DNA of 64,000 bases from Acidimicrobiia bacterium (GTDB taxonomy: Bacteria > Actinomycetota > Acidimicrobiia > Spongiisociales > Spongiisociaceae): assembly GCA_041576165.1 (NCBI GenBank), contig JBFGLM010000003.1:64001-128000 (forward strand), written 5' to 3'. Position 1 is the stretch's first letter. Each line of letters begins with the position of its first letter. The translations under genes were made by a program, and so were the position numbers. Shown here in pieces: positions 29,442-37,630 of this stretch. The notes under the pieces were generated by a model. That model saw only the letters and a program-made list of their open reading frames with translations. It did no database searches and was not told the DNA's origin.

Positions 29442-29527
29442 CGGGCGATTGCCCCCGGACGCTACCAGTTATCATTGACCAGAGTGAAGAAGCATGCAGT
29501 GTCATTGAAGTCCGCGGGCGATTGCCC
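29442..29527. promoter_or_regulatory. Duplicated 13-bp quasi-palindrome in a divergent promoter
   Basis: CGGGCGATTGCCC occurs at 29442-29454 and 29515-29527. Confidence 0.45.
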
Positions 29528-29557
29528 AGCGGCGTGTCGGTCCATGGAGCTCGCTCG

Positions 29558-29971
29558 ATGAGCGGAGGACCCGGCTACGAGCCGGTCATTCCGTCCCGGG
29601 CGCGGATCCTCCCCGACGACGACACGTGTCCAGAACTCCCGATCGTGGTCGAAAGCGGTAGAGCATGGGCCGTGGCCTGGCCAGGCTCGGGCGCTCACCT
29701 CCGTTCCATGCATCGCATCTCGCTGCCGGCCTCGGCTTCGACCGTCCCGCTCCGGCACCCGATGGAATCGGTCTACTACGTCATGGCGGGCGCGGCGGTG
29801 GCGCATGACCTCGATCTGCAGCAAGAACATCCGCTCACTCTCGGTTCGATGATCTTGATCGATCCGGGAACGCGTTACGAACTGGTGGCAGGTGATGAAG
29901 GGGCCGAGCTCGTCGGCGGACCTTGTCCACCCGACCCGGGCATGTACACACATTTGGGAGAGGGTCACTGA
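29558..29971 (+). CDS. Cupin-domain protein
   Basis: Cupin-like strands LRHPMESVYYVMAG and ELVGGPCPPD. Confidence 0.7.
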   Translation: MSGGPGYEPVIPSRARILPDDDTCPELPIVVESGRAWAVAWPGSGAHLRSMHRISLPASASTVPLRHPMESVYYVMAGAAVAHDLDLQQEHPLTLGSMILIDPGTRYELVAGDEGAELVGGPCPPDPGMYTHLGEGH

Positions 29972-30372
29972 TGGCCATACACGTGCTGCACAAGGATGAA
30001 CCGGATCTCATGATGCCCATGAGTGCGGCGGACGCCCGCCTCATCGTGTGGGCGGGCCGCGGGTCGCAGACCGCCAACATGAACTACGTGGACATGCAGC
30101 CCGGTGAGCGGAACATCCCGCATACCCATAAGGGCTCGGAGGACACGCTGTATGTGATCGAGGGCCGCGGCACCATGGAGGATCTCAGTAACGGCCTCGA
30201 ACTTGCATTCGAGGCGCCGTGCGCAGTGCACGTGCCGGTCGGCCTGTGGCACGCCGTCAAGGCGGACCGGGGCAGCAACATCGAGAGTGTTGGCGGACCT
30301 TCGCCGGCCGACTGGAACATGCTGGTGCGGGTCGGCGGCTACCAACGGCTCACGATCGGGGACTCGCCGTGA
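29971..30372 (+). CDS. Cupin-domain protein (metal-binding)
   Basis: PHTHKGSEDTLYVIEG...VPVGLWH motif; TGATG coupling with the upstream gene. Confidence 0.8.
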   Translation: MAIHVLHKDEPDLMMPMSAADARLIVWAGRGSQTANMNYVDMQPGERNIPHTHKGSEDTLYVIEGRGTMEDLSNGLELAFEAPCAVHVPVGLWHAVKADRGSNIESVGGPSPADWNMLVRVGGYQRLTIGDSP

Positions 30373-31223
30373 GACATGAGATCACCATCGGACTCGCTCA
30401 GATCAGCGCTGAGCCTTACGAAGTCGAGGCAAACCGCAAGCTATGCGCGGACACCATCAGGGACGCCTTCGGACAAGGGGCCGACCTCGTGGTCCTGCCC
30501 GAGCTGATCATTCCCGGCTATGTAGCCGACGCCGCCCGGCTGTTTCCCATCGCCGAGCCGGTCGGTGGTGAAACGGTCCGCGAATGGACCGACCTGGCAG
30601 CCGAGGCCGGCGGCTACGTTGTCGGGGGCCTGGCCGAACGCGCCGGCGAGTCTCTGTACAACACCGCAGTTGCGGTCGGCCCGCAAGGACTGATCGGGCA
30701 TTACCGCAAAACCCACCTGTTCGCCGATGAGAAGGTGGCCTTCGCACCCGGCGATATGGGGTTCCCGGTGGTGCGGACCCGATTTGGGACCATCGGAATC
30801 TGCGTCTGCTACGACCTGAGGTTCGTGGAAGTCGTGCGGTTGATGGCTCTGCAGGGAGCCGACCTGATTTGTGTCCCGACCGCCTGGCTCCCCGGCTATG
30901 ACCAGCAGCGGTGGGACGCCGACGGCATGTCGCCCCAGGGTCGAGGCGCTGAACTCCAAGCCAATCTCAACCAGGTATTCATAGCCTGCGCCTCCCAGGC
31001 CGGCATCCACGGGCAATGCGACTTCCTTGGTTCGTCGATCCTCATCGACCCGTTCGGAAAGCGGCTGGTGGGCCCGCTGTCCGGCTCGGACGACGAAGTG
31101 GTGCTGGCCACGGTGGACATTGCCGATGCCAAGCGCTCCCAGGTACGGGGGGAGATGATCTCTCCGAGAGCGGACCGCCGCACGGACATCTACCAGATCG
31201 CAGTCGACGAGCAGCTGCTCTAA
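30369..31223 (+). CDS. Carbon-nitrogen hydrolase (nitrilase/amidase family)
   Basis: Catalytic E-K-C in LPE, YRKTHL and VCYD; GTG start at 30369. Confidence 0.9.
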   Translation: MRHEITIGLAQISAEPYEVEANRKLCADTIRDAFGQGADLVVLPELIIPGYVADAARLFPIAEPVGGETVREWTDLAAEAGGYVVGGLAERAGESLYNTAVAVGPQGLIGHYRKTHLFADEKVAFAPGDMGFPVVRTRFGTIGICVCYDLRFVEVVRLMALQGADLICVPTAWLPGYDQQRWDADGMSPQGRGAELQANLNQVFIACASQAGIHGQCDFLGSSILIDPFGKRLVGPLSGSDDEVVLATVDIADAKRSQVRGEMISPRADRRTDIYQIAVDEQLL

Positions 31224-31318
31224 TTCGTACGTCCACTCTGCCGTAGGCGAGGTGTCGCCGCGCTCGCTGGGCCGACCACCTAGCTTTGGCGGAGAGGTGG
31301 GACAGGAGGAGGCCGAGC

Positions 31319-31924
31319 ATGACCACCCCGGAGCAGCCCTTCTACCGGCGACGAGGATTCGTCATCGGCGCGATCGTCGTAGCGATTCCCGTGATCGCGG
31401 TCGGCTGGTACCTGTTGTCGCCCCTTTTCATCAACCGCACGGTCGAAGAAGAGTTTCCACGGGCGGCAATGGCGGCCGTACCGGCCGACATGACGGCAGA
31501 ACAGGTGGAACAGGAGATGATCGACGCCGAGGGGGACAATGTCGAGTCCACCGAGGATATGCCCGAGGCCGATCCCGTAGCGATCGTGACCGGAACCATC
31601 ATGGGAGCCGACTCGTTCCACCGTGGCTCCGGCACGGCCACCATCTACGAACTGGCTGATGGCTCGCGCATCCTCCGGCTCGAGGATCTCGATGTGACCA
31701 ACGGCCCGGATCTGCACGTCTTGCTCTCGCCGGTTGCAGCTCCCGAGAGCCGAGAGCAGGTAACGGCTGAGGGTTATGTCGACCTGGGAGGTTTGAAGGG
31801 CAATCGCGGGTCACAGAACTACGACATACCGGTGGATTTCGAGATCGGCGGAGAGCTAAGCGTGGTCATCTACTGCCAGCCTTTCCACGTCATATTCTCG
31901 ACCGCGACGCTCGACCCTGCCTGA
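31319..31924 (+). CDS. Membrane-anchored DM13-domain protein
   Basis: N-terminal TM segment; HRGSGTA, NGPDLHVLL, LGGLKGNRGSQNY and VIYC motifs. Confidence 0.85.
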   Translation: MTTPEQPFYRRRGFVIGAIVVAIPVIAVGWYLLSPLFINRTVEEEFPRAAMAAVPADMTAEQVEQEMIDAEGDNVESTEDMPEADPVAIVTGTIMGADSFHRGSGTATIYELADGSRILRLEDLDVTNGPDLHVLLSPVAAPESREQVTAEGYVDLGGLKGNRGSQNYDIPVDFEIGGELSVVIYCQPFHVIFSTATLDPA

Positions 31925-31957
31925 CGGCGGCAATTCTTCGTCGCTAGGGTCTCCCGA

Positions 31958-32134
31958 ATGCCGCGCCGATTGCGCTTCGCCGTCGTGGTCTTCGTCGTGA
32001 CCCTGATCGTCAACGTCGCGGTGCAAGCTGTGTGGCCGGACGGCGAAGTCGACTGGAGTGCGGCGATCGTGATCAGCCTCGTCACCGCCCTCGCCATATC
32101 GGTCATCGAGCAGCGACCTCGCCGCCGTGATTGA
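31958..32134 (+). CDS. Small two-TM membrane protein (58 aa)
   Basis: Manual translation MPRRLRFAVVVFVVTLIVNVAVQAVWPDGEVDWSAAIVISLVTALAISVIEQRPRRRD; below the ORF-track length cutoff. Confidence 0.5.
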   Translation: MPRRLRFAVVVFVVTLIVNVAVQAVWPDGEVDWSAAIVISLVTALAISVIEQRPRRRD

Positions 32135-32244
32135 AACCAGCCTCGATAACGGCGAGCTCGACCGCCGTGATGGCGCGGTCCACTGGTAGCGCATCGAGCG
32201 CGGCACTCCTAGAGTCTCACTCAATCGAGTTTTGGGAGGACTCA

Positions 32245-33081
32245 ATGCAGATGGTTGACCTGTCGCACACCATGAACATCCACACTCCGGGATGGGTCGG
32301 CTATGCGGGCAACAAGATGTATTACGCCCAGACCCTGCAGACCAACCGCATCGTCGCCCAGCGGATCGAAAGCTCCCTCCATGCTGGCACCCACCTGGAC
32401 GGGCCGATGCATTCGGTCGATGGTGGAGGTGACATGGCCTCTCTTGCGTTGGAATTCCTGATCAACAAGGGCGCCATTGTCGACATCAGCGACCAGGTTG
32501 ACGACTGGGACATCATCACTCCCCAGATGCTCGAAGACGCCCCGGTCGAAATCGAGCAGGGCGACATCCTCATCATCCATACGGGCTATCACAAGTACTG
32601 GGAGGGCGAAGAGCAGCAGGACCTGGTGCGCTACTTCACGATGCACCCGGGCGGGACTCGCGAGCTGGCCGACTGGATGATCGAACGAGAGATCAAGTGG
32701 TTCGGGATCGACGCAGGTTCGGGCGACCACCCGATGAACACAACCATCCGGAACATGCGTCCCGATCTCCGGGAACAGTTCGAGGAACAGGTCGGCATGA
32801 CGTGCGAGGAGTTCTTCCCACCGTACGAATACACCCATCACCTGAGCGGACGCGTTGTGAAGAATGACATGTTCCCGTTCCACAACTATGCGATGCAGTT
32901 CGGACTGATTCACTCCGAAAACGTGGGCGGCGATATCGACAAGGTTCTCAATCGCCGAGCCCTGATCGGGGCATTCCCTTGGAAGTACGAAGGTCTCGAG
33001 TCGTGCCCGTGCCGCGTGATCGCGTTCCTGGACACGGATACGAACGTGGAGGAGTTCACCGGCGAGGCGATGGGCCACTGA
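32245..33081 (+). CDS. Cyclase-family (kynurenine formamidase-like) metal hydrolase
   Basis: HAGTHLDGPMH motif, GDILIIHTG and HSENV; GGAGGA RBS before ATG 32245. Confidence 0.88.
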   Translation: MQMVDLSHTMNIHTPGWVGYAGNKMYYAQTLQTNRIVAQRIESSLHAGTHLDGPMHSVDGGGDMASLALEFLINKGAIVDISDQVDDWDIITPQMLEDAPVEIEQGDILIIHTGYHKYWEGEEQQDLVRYFTMHPGGTRELADWMIEREIKWFGIDAGSGDHPMNTTIRNMRPDLREQFEEQVGMTCEEFFPPYEYTHHLSGRVVKNDMFPFHNYAMQFGLIHSENVGGDIDKVLNRRALIGAFPWKYEGLESCPCRVIAFLDTDTNVEEFTGEAMGH

Positions 33082-33128
33082 ACCCGAGATTCAACGCCGG
33101 CGATCGGCGCGAACACCGCCGCGGCATC

Positions 33129-33962
33129 ATGCTGGCGCTCGCAGGCATAGCTTCGCTCAGTCCGGAATCGCTCCTCATCCGGCTCGTGGAGGCCGACCGA
33201 TGGACAATCGTCTTCTGGAGAGGTCTGTTGATGGCGGTGGGCCTCGGTGCGGCGTCGTCCGTGCTCGCCGGGTCTTCGCGGGTCATCCGTGAGATCGGGC
33301 CATGGGGGCTGGTGGTCGGCGCCTTGTTCGGTATCCAGACGACCTTGTTCGTCGCGTCGATCACGAACACCACCGTGGCGAACACGCTCGTGGTGATGAG
33401 CGCGGCACCACTGTTCGCCGCGGTGTGGGCTCGCGTCTTCTATTCGCAGCCGGTTGGAACTCGGATGTGGGTGGTCATTGCCATTGCGATGGCTGGCGTC
33501 GCCTTCATGTTCTCCGGGAATGTGGGCGGCGGCGCCCTAGCCGGCGATCTCGCCGCGGTGGGTGCAGCTGCCGCCTTCGGGGGTGTGTTTGTACTCATCA
33601 GGCGGCACAAGACCGTCAACATGGTCCCTGCCATGGGCGTTGGTGGCCTGGTCGGAGCCATTCTCGTGTCACCGCTGGCCGCCCCGGCTTCGATCTCGGT
33701 CGCCGATTTTGGCTATCTGGCGACAAGTGGATTCGTGGTGTTGCCGCTGGGGTTCGGTCTGCTGGCAGTTGCCCCCCGCTATCTACCAGCGGCCGAGGTG
33801 GGACTGATAACGCTGCTCGAGACGATTCTGGGTCCGCTATGGGTGTGGCTCGCGATCGGCGAGGAGCCAGGGATCAGAACGCTCGTGGGTGGTGCAGTCG
33901 TTGTCGGCACCCTGGCAGTGAACACCGCGTTGCTGCTCGCAGTCGCTCCGCAACCCGACTAG
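33129..33962 (+). CDS. DMT/EamA-family transporter
   Basis: About 10 TM segments and the motif LLETILGPLWVWLAIGEEP. The start may lie upstream at about 33078. Confidence 0.85.
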   Translation: MLALAGIASLSPESLLIRLVEADRWTIVFWRGLLMAVGLGAASSVLAGSSRVIREIGPWGLVVGALFGIQTTLFVASITNTTVANTLVVMSAAPLFAAVWARVFYSQPVGTRMWVVIAIAMAGVAFMFSGNVGGGALAGDLAAVGAAAAFGGVFVLIRRHKTVNMVPAMGVGGLVGAILVSPLAAPASISVADFGYLATSGFVVLPLGFGLLAVAPRYLPAAEVGLITLLETILGPLWVWLAIGEEPGIRTLVGGAVVVGTLAVNTALLLAVAPQPD

Positions 33963-34051
33963 GCGAATTGATGCTCGACAGGACCGACGCAGGCGGATGG
34001 TGCGAGCGAATGCGGTCGTTGCGGGCGCAGCGGTGCCGGCCGCGAGTGGGT

Positions 34052-34972
34052 TCATCGGAGCCGTGCGGCGAGCGCATCGACCTCGGTACGGGTTGGAAGA
34101 TAGAGGCCTTCGTGGCTGACGGAGATCGCGCCGGCGGCATTGGCGAACGTAACGGCCTCTCCCCAGCCGGCCCCGGAAATGCGCGATGTGACCAGGCCGG
34201 CCATGAAGACATCTCCGCCCCCGGTCTCGTCGATCACATCGACTCGTGACGTGGGAACGGTCGTGAATCCCTCTGGCCCGGCGATGACGGTACCGCCCGC
34301 CCCCAGCTTCACGCAAAGCCGCTGGGCGCCGGCGTCGAGCAGATCCCGGGCGGCCAATCTCGCCTCGATTTCGCCGGCGACGACGCGCCCGGTCAGCCCG
34401 GCGACCTCGGCGAGGTTCGGGGTCAGGACCTCGGCCGCCGCCAGCGTCGCCACCGACACGGATTCGGGCGGCGTTGGATCTAGGTACAGCGGAACACGCG
34501 CAGCCTGCGACCAGGCGGCAAGCTGCTCGAGCGCTGCACCGGGAATCTCGGCCTGCGCAACGAGCGCATCACACCGCTCGAGGGCCGGCAACGCCGGCTG
34601 CAGGTGCGCCCACTCGAGCCGGTGATTGGCGCCGGGGACGAACACCCGGGTCACGTGGTGGCCCGCAACGAGGTCGATAACAACGAATCCGGTGCGATCG
34701 CCTTCGATCTCGACAACATGGTTGGCATCGACGCCATCTTTGGTGATCGCGGCAAGGCATTCCCTGCCGTACTCGTCGGAACCCACGGCGGCGACCAAGG
34801 TGACCTCTGCCCCCAACCGGGCGGCCGCTCGGGCTTGGTTGGCTCCTTTGCCGCCCGGCTCTGCGATGTAGTACTCGGCCATGAGCGGTCCGTGGGGCGC
34901 GGGGGCGGATTTGAACAGGTGTATGTCCATGTTGACTCCGCCGACGACACCGATTCGCGGCTTCATAGGCAT
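34052..34972 (-). CDS. Ribokinase/PfkB-family carbohydrate kinase
   Basis: GGVNMD, GGKGANQA and DETGGGDVF motifs. Confidence 0.88.
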   Translation of the reverse strand: MPMKPRIGVVGGVNMDIHLFKSAPAPHGPLMAEYYIAEPGGKGANQARAAARLGAEVTLVAAVGSDEYGRECLAAITKDGVDANHVVEIEGDRTGFVVIDLVAGHHVTRVFVPGANHRLEWAHLQPALPALERCDALVAQAEIPGAALEQLAAWSQAARVPLYLDPTPPESVSVATLAAAEVLTPNLAEVAGLTGRVVAGEIEARLAARDLLDAGAQRLCVKLGAGGTVIAGPEGFTTVPTSRVDVIDETGGGDVFMAGLVTSRISGAGWGEAVTFANAAGAISVSHEGLYLPTRTEVDALAARLR

Positions 34973-35334
34973 TCCCGGTCAACGTTGCGTCCGGGCGGGG
35001 CTGGTTGCGCCTGCATTGTGGACCCTCCATGGCTCGACAACCGATTGTTCCATCCTCTTGGGCGACATGTACCCTGAGCCCGCGCCCTTCTGGGACTCGG
35101 GCCTATCGGCGACTGCAATGAAACGCCCGTTCGAGCAGCCCCCCAAGCGGCAACACCCGCACCGCGGGCCCATCGCTCGAGATTCGTGACCGCCGTCGGG
35201 CCAAGAGCGAGGGTCGAAATACTCTGGTCTCATGGCGTGGCTCGCCGGAGACTGCGATCAGGGCCTGTCCGCAAGCCGGGGAACGGCATGGAGGCGGCTT
35301 GTGCTTGGGCCCATCGACACCAGCGGAGTAGGGA

Positions 35335-36171
35335 GTGATTGCGGTGAACCAACCCCTCGAAGTGCCCCAGACGCGAGGTTTGAGCTCCGAAGCGAGCATC
35401 GACGTTGCGTTCGTCACTCGCGGGCCGATCCCAGTATCGGCGCGGCGACACGCCGAGCGCATTCTCGCCTCGCTCGGAGCCAAGGCACCGCGCCCGATCA
35501 TCTATGCCCGGTTCAAGCTCCGGGTCGAGCCCAGCCGACCCCCGGACGAACAAGCGCTCGTACAGGCGACGATCGACGTGAGCGGGAGCCGAATCCGGGC
35601 ACACGTGGCCAGCCGAAACGTCGAGGAGGCCCTCGATCTACTGGACGAGCGATTGCGCCGGAGGCTCCGACGCCTCACTGAGCGCCGCCAGGACAACGCC
35701 ACCCGTCCGTTCCAGACACCGCCGGGAGTGTGGCGTCACGGCGACCTGCCGACGAGGCGTCCCGCATACTTTCATCGCGATCCCCAGGACCGCGAGATCA
35801 TACGCCGCAAGGCATACGCGCCCCGAGCAGTTTCGCTGGAAGAGGCTCTGTTCGACCTCGACGTGCTCGACCACCGGTTCTTCCTGTTCACAGACCAGGA
35901 CAGCGGGGAAGACTCGATCGTCTACGAGACCGACGACACGGTGGTGGTCCAGCACGTGTCGGGCGGCGTGCCCGAACCGGACCGGGTGCACGCATTGTCG
36001 GTTGCGGTGAATACGGCCCAGGCCCCGTCGATGTCGGAGGCCGACGCCATTGAGCGGCTCGATACTTCCGATGAACCGTTTCTATTCTTCCGCGACCGGG
36101 GGACGGACCGGGGAAAGGTCCTTTACCGCAGGTACGACGGCCACTATGGGCTGATCGAACCGGCAGACTGA
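35335..36171 (+). CDS. Ribosome hibernation-related protein (HPF/S30AE with C-terminal domains, Rv0079-like)
   Basis: IRAHVAS..EEALDLLDERLRRRL, WRHGD and the terminal VLYRRYDGHYGLI motif. Confidence 0.8.
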   Translation: MIAVNQPLEVPQTRGLSSEASIDVAFVTRGPIPVSARRHAERILASLGAKAPRPIIYARFKLRVEPSRPPDEQALVQATIDVSGSRIRAHVASRNVEEALDLLDERLRRRLRRLTERRQDNATRPFQTPPGVWRHGDLPTRRPAYFHRDPQDREIIRRKAYAPRAVSLEEALFDLDVLDHRFFLFTDQDSGEDSIVYETDDTVVVQHVSGGVPEPDRVHALSVAVNTAQAPSMSEADAIERLDTSDEPFLFFRDRGTDRGKVLYRRYDGHYGLIEPAD

Positions 36172-36211
36172 TCCCCCCGGGGGGCGGACGCCCGATATCC
36201 GGCTCCAGGTC

Positions 36212-37537
36212 TCAGGCTGAATGGTCCCGGTGGGCGATCAGGTCGATTTCGATCAGTAGCTCCGGCATCATGATGCCGCCGTCGCCCGACGCCTGATTGG
36301 AAGGAATCAGGTTGAGGGTGGGCCAATGACCCACCGGTTCCCATACCTGCCGCCAGGCACGTTCGAAGCCGCGGTAGTCGCGCTGAGCCCAACACAGAAA
36401 CACCCGCGCGTCAACGACATTGCGTAGGTCGAGATCGTTGGCCTCCAGTTGGTGCTTGAGGAGATCCATCGTTCCGCGGACCTGGATCTCGATATCCGAC
36501 CAATAGTGCGGCAAACCCTTCGGCGCTTGGGTGAACCCGAAGTTCTCGTAGTCAGGGCACGACACTTGACCGGCCATGAAGAACCACCGCCCGACCTCGA
36601 TACCCGGAGTGAAATGGACCTTGCGGATGTCTTCGGGATGCCACGCGATGCCCTTGCGGGATTCGACCTTTTGATGCTGGTCGTCAGGTGCAATGAACTG
36701 TGCGTTCGCAATGAAGATCGCGCCGGGCACCAGCAGGTCCGGCATCGCCATCGAGGCACGAGTGGGCGGCGACGTTCCGGCCTGGTGGCCCATGTATTGG
36801 TCCCAGACTCCGTCGAGATCATGGAAGTTGGCGAGGTCGATCTCGAAGGCATGGGTCTTCACGCACTGGGTGAGGTCACTCCCGGCAGCCTCCAGCACCT
36901 TCCCCCAATTGTCGAACATGTATCGAGCCTGGAGCTCGGTGTCGGACGCGTAGTAGGGCGCCACCGGGTTGGTAGTGACCGGGATGCCCGTCTCGAAATC
37001 GGTCGCTGGGTAACCGGACATGAAGACGAACGGTGCTGCCTTGACGGCCTGTGGACACCACTCGGCGTCCATCGGGTCGGGCACCGCGTCAATGTTGATC
37101 ACCGCCCGCCTGTCAGCCGCGTCCCGGTGCAGCGCCACGGCGACGAGGCTCAAACGAACGCCGGGAATGATGTGATCGTCACCGCAGACCGCAGTCAGCC
37201 GGGCAGGAGGCGCGTCGGGGAAGGCCTCTTTCCACGCCAGCTTGAACTCGTAGAAGTCTGATGCATCTACGAGATACACCTCAGCCTTGAGCGTGAGCGC
37301 GAGTGAGCTACCGGCCTCTTCGAGGATTTCCGCCAGGGCCACACAGACGGCCTTCGTTTGCGCCGCCACCTCCGACTGGCCGATGTGTGGTGAGATCGAG
37401 TCGCTATGCACGACGGCACCGTCGGCGTCGATCGGGTAGAGCGTGGACACGTAGACGAGATCGTCCTGACGGGACCAGCGGGGTGCGGGTAGTACGTTCA
37501 TGGGCAGCGGCACCGGCAACCTCCCTTTCACCTGCAA
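36212..37537 (-). CDS. Triple-domain Rid-family protein (third paralog)
   Basis: Three Rid-like units (APPARLTAV; AVKAAPFVFMSG...PPTRASM; GRWFFMAGQ...LIEIDLIA). The start is uncertain (TTG 37537 or ATG 37501). Confidence 0.78.
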   Translation of the reverse strand: MQVKGRLPVPLPMNVLPAPRWSRQDDLVYVSTLYPIDADGAVVHSDSISPHIGQSEVAAQTKAVCVALAEILEEAGSSLALTLKAEVYLVDASDFYEFKLAWKEAFPDAPPARLTAVCGDDHIIPGVRLSLVAVALHRDAADRRAVINIDAVPDPMDAEWCPQAVKAAPFVFMSGYPATDFETGIPVTTNPVAPYYASDTELQARYMFDNWGKVLEAAGSDLTQCVKTHAFEIDLANFHDLDGVWDQYMGHQAGTSPPTRASMAMPDLLVPGAIFIANAQFIAPDDQHQKVESRKGIAWHPEDIRKVHFTPGIEVGRWFFMAGQVSCPDYENFGFTQAPKGLPHYWSDIEIQVRGTMDLLKHQLEANDLDLRNVVDARVFLCWAQRDYRGFERAWRQVWEPVGHWPTLNLIPSNQASGDGGIMMPELLIEIDLIAHRDHSA

Positions 37538-37630
37538 TGAATGCCGTTGAGCCAGACTCTATTCGGTCAACTCGGGCGGTGACGGCCGCTGCGTAGTCGA
37601 CGGACCAGATCGACAGCGCAGGAGCCGGCC

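Noticed and set aside
3088-33081. Calling the island a known nicotine, caffeine or Rut pathway
   Set aside because: Only family-level analogies exist. Hallmark enzymes (6-hydroxynicotine oxidase, dihydroxypyridine hydroxylase, NdmD reductase, RutA) are not recognisable here.
36173-36184. CCCCCCGGGGGG palindrome as a terminator
   Set aside because: It is too short and loopless, and is plausible by chance in GC-rich DNA.
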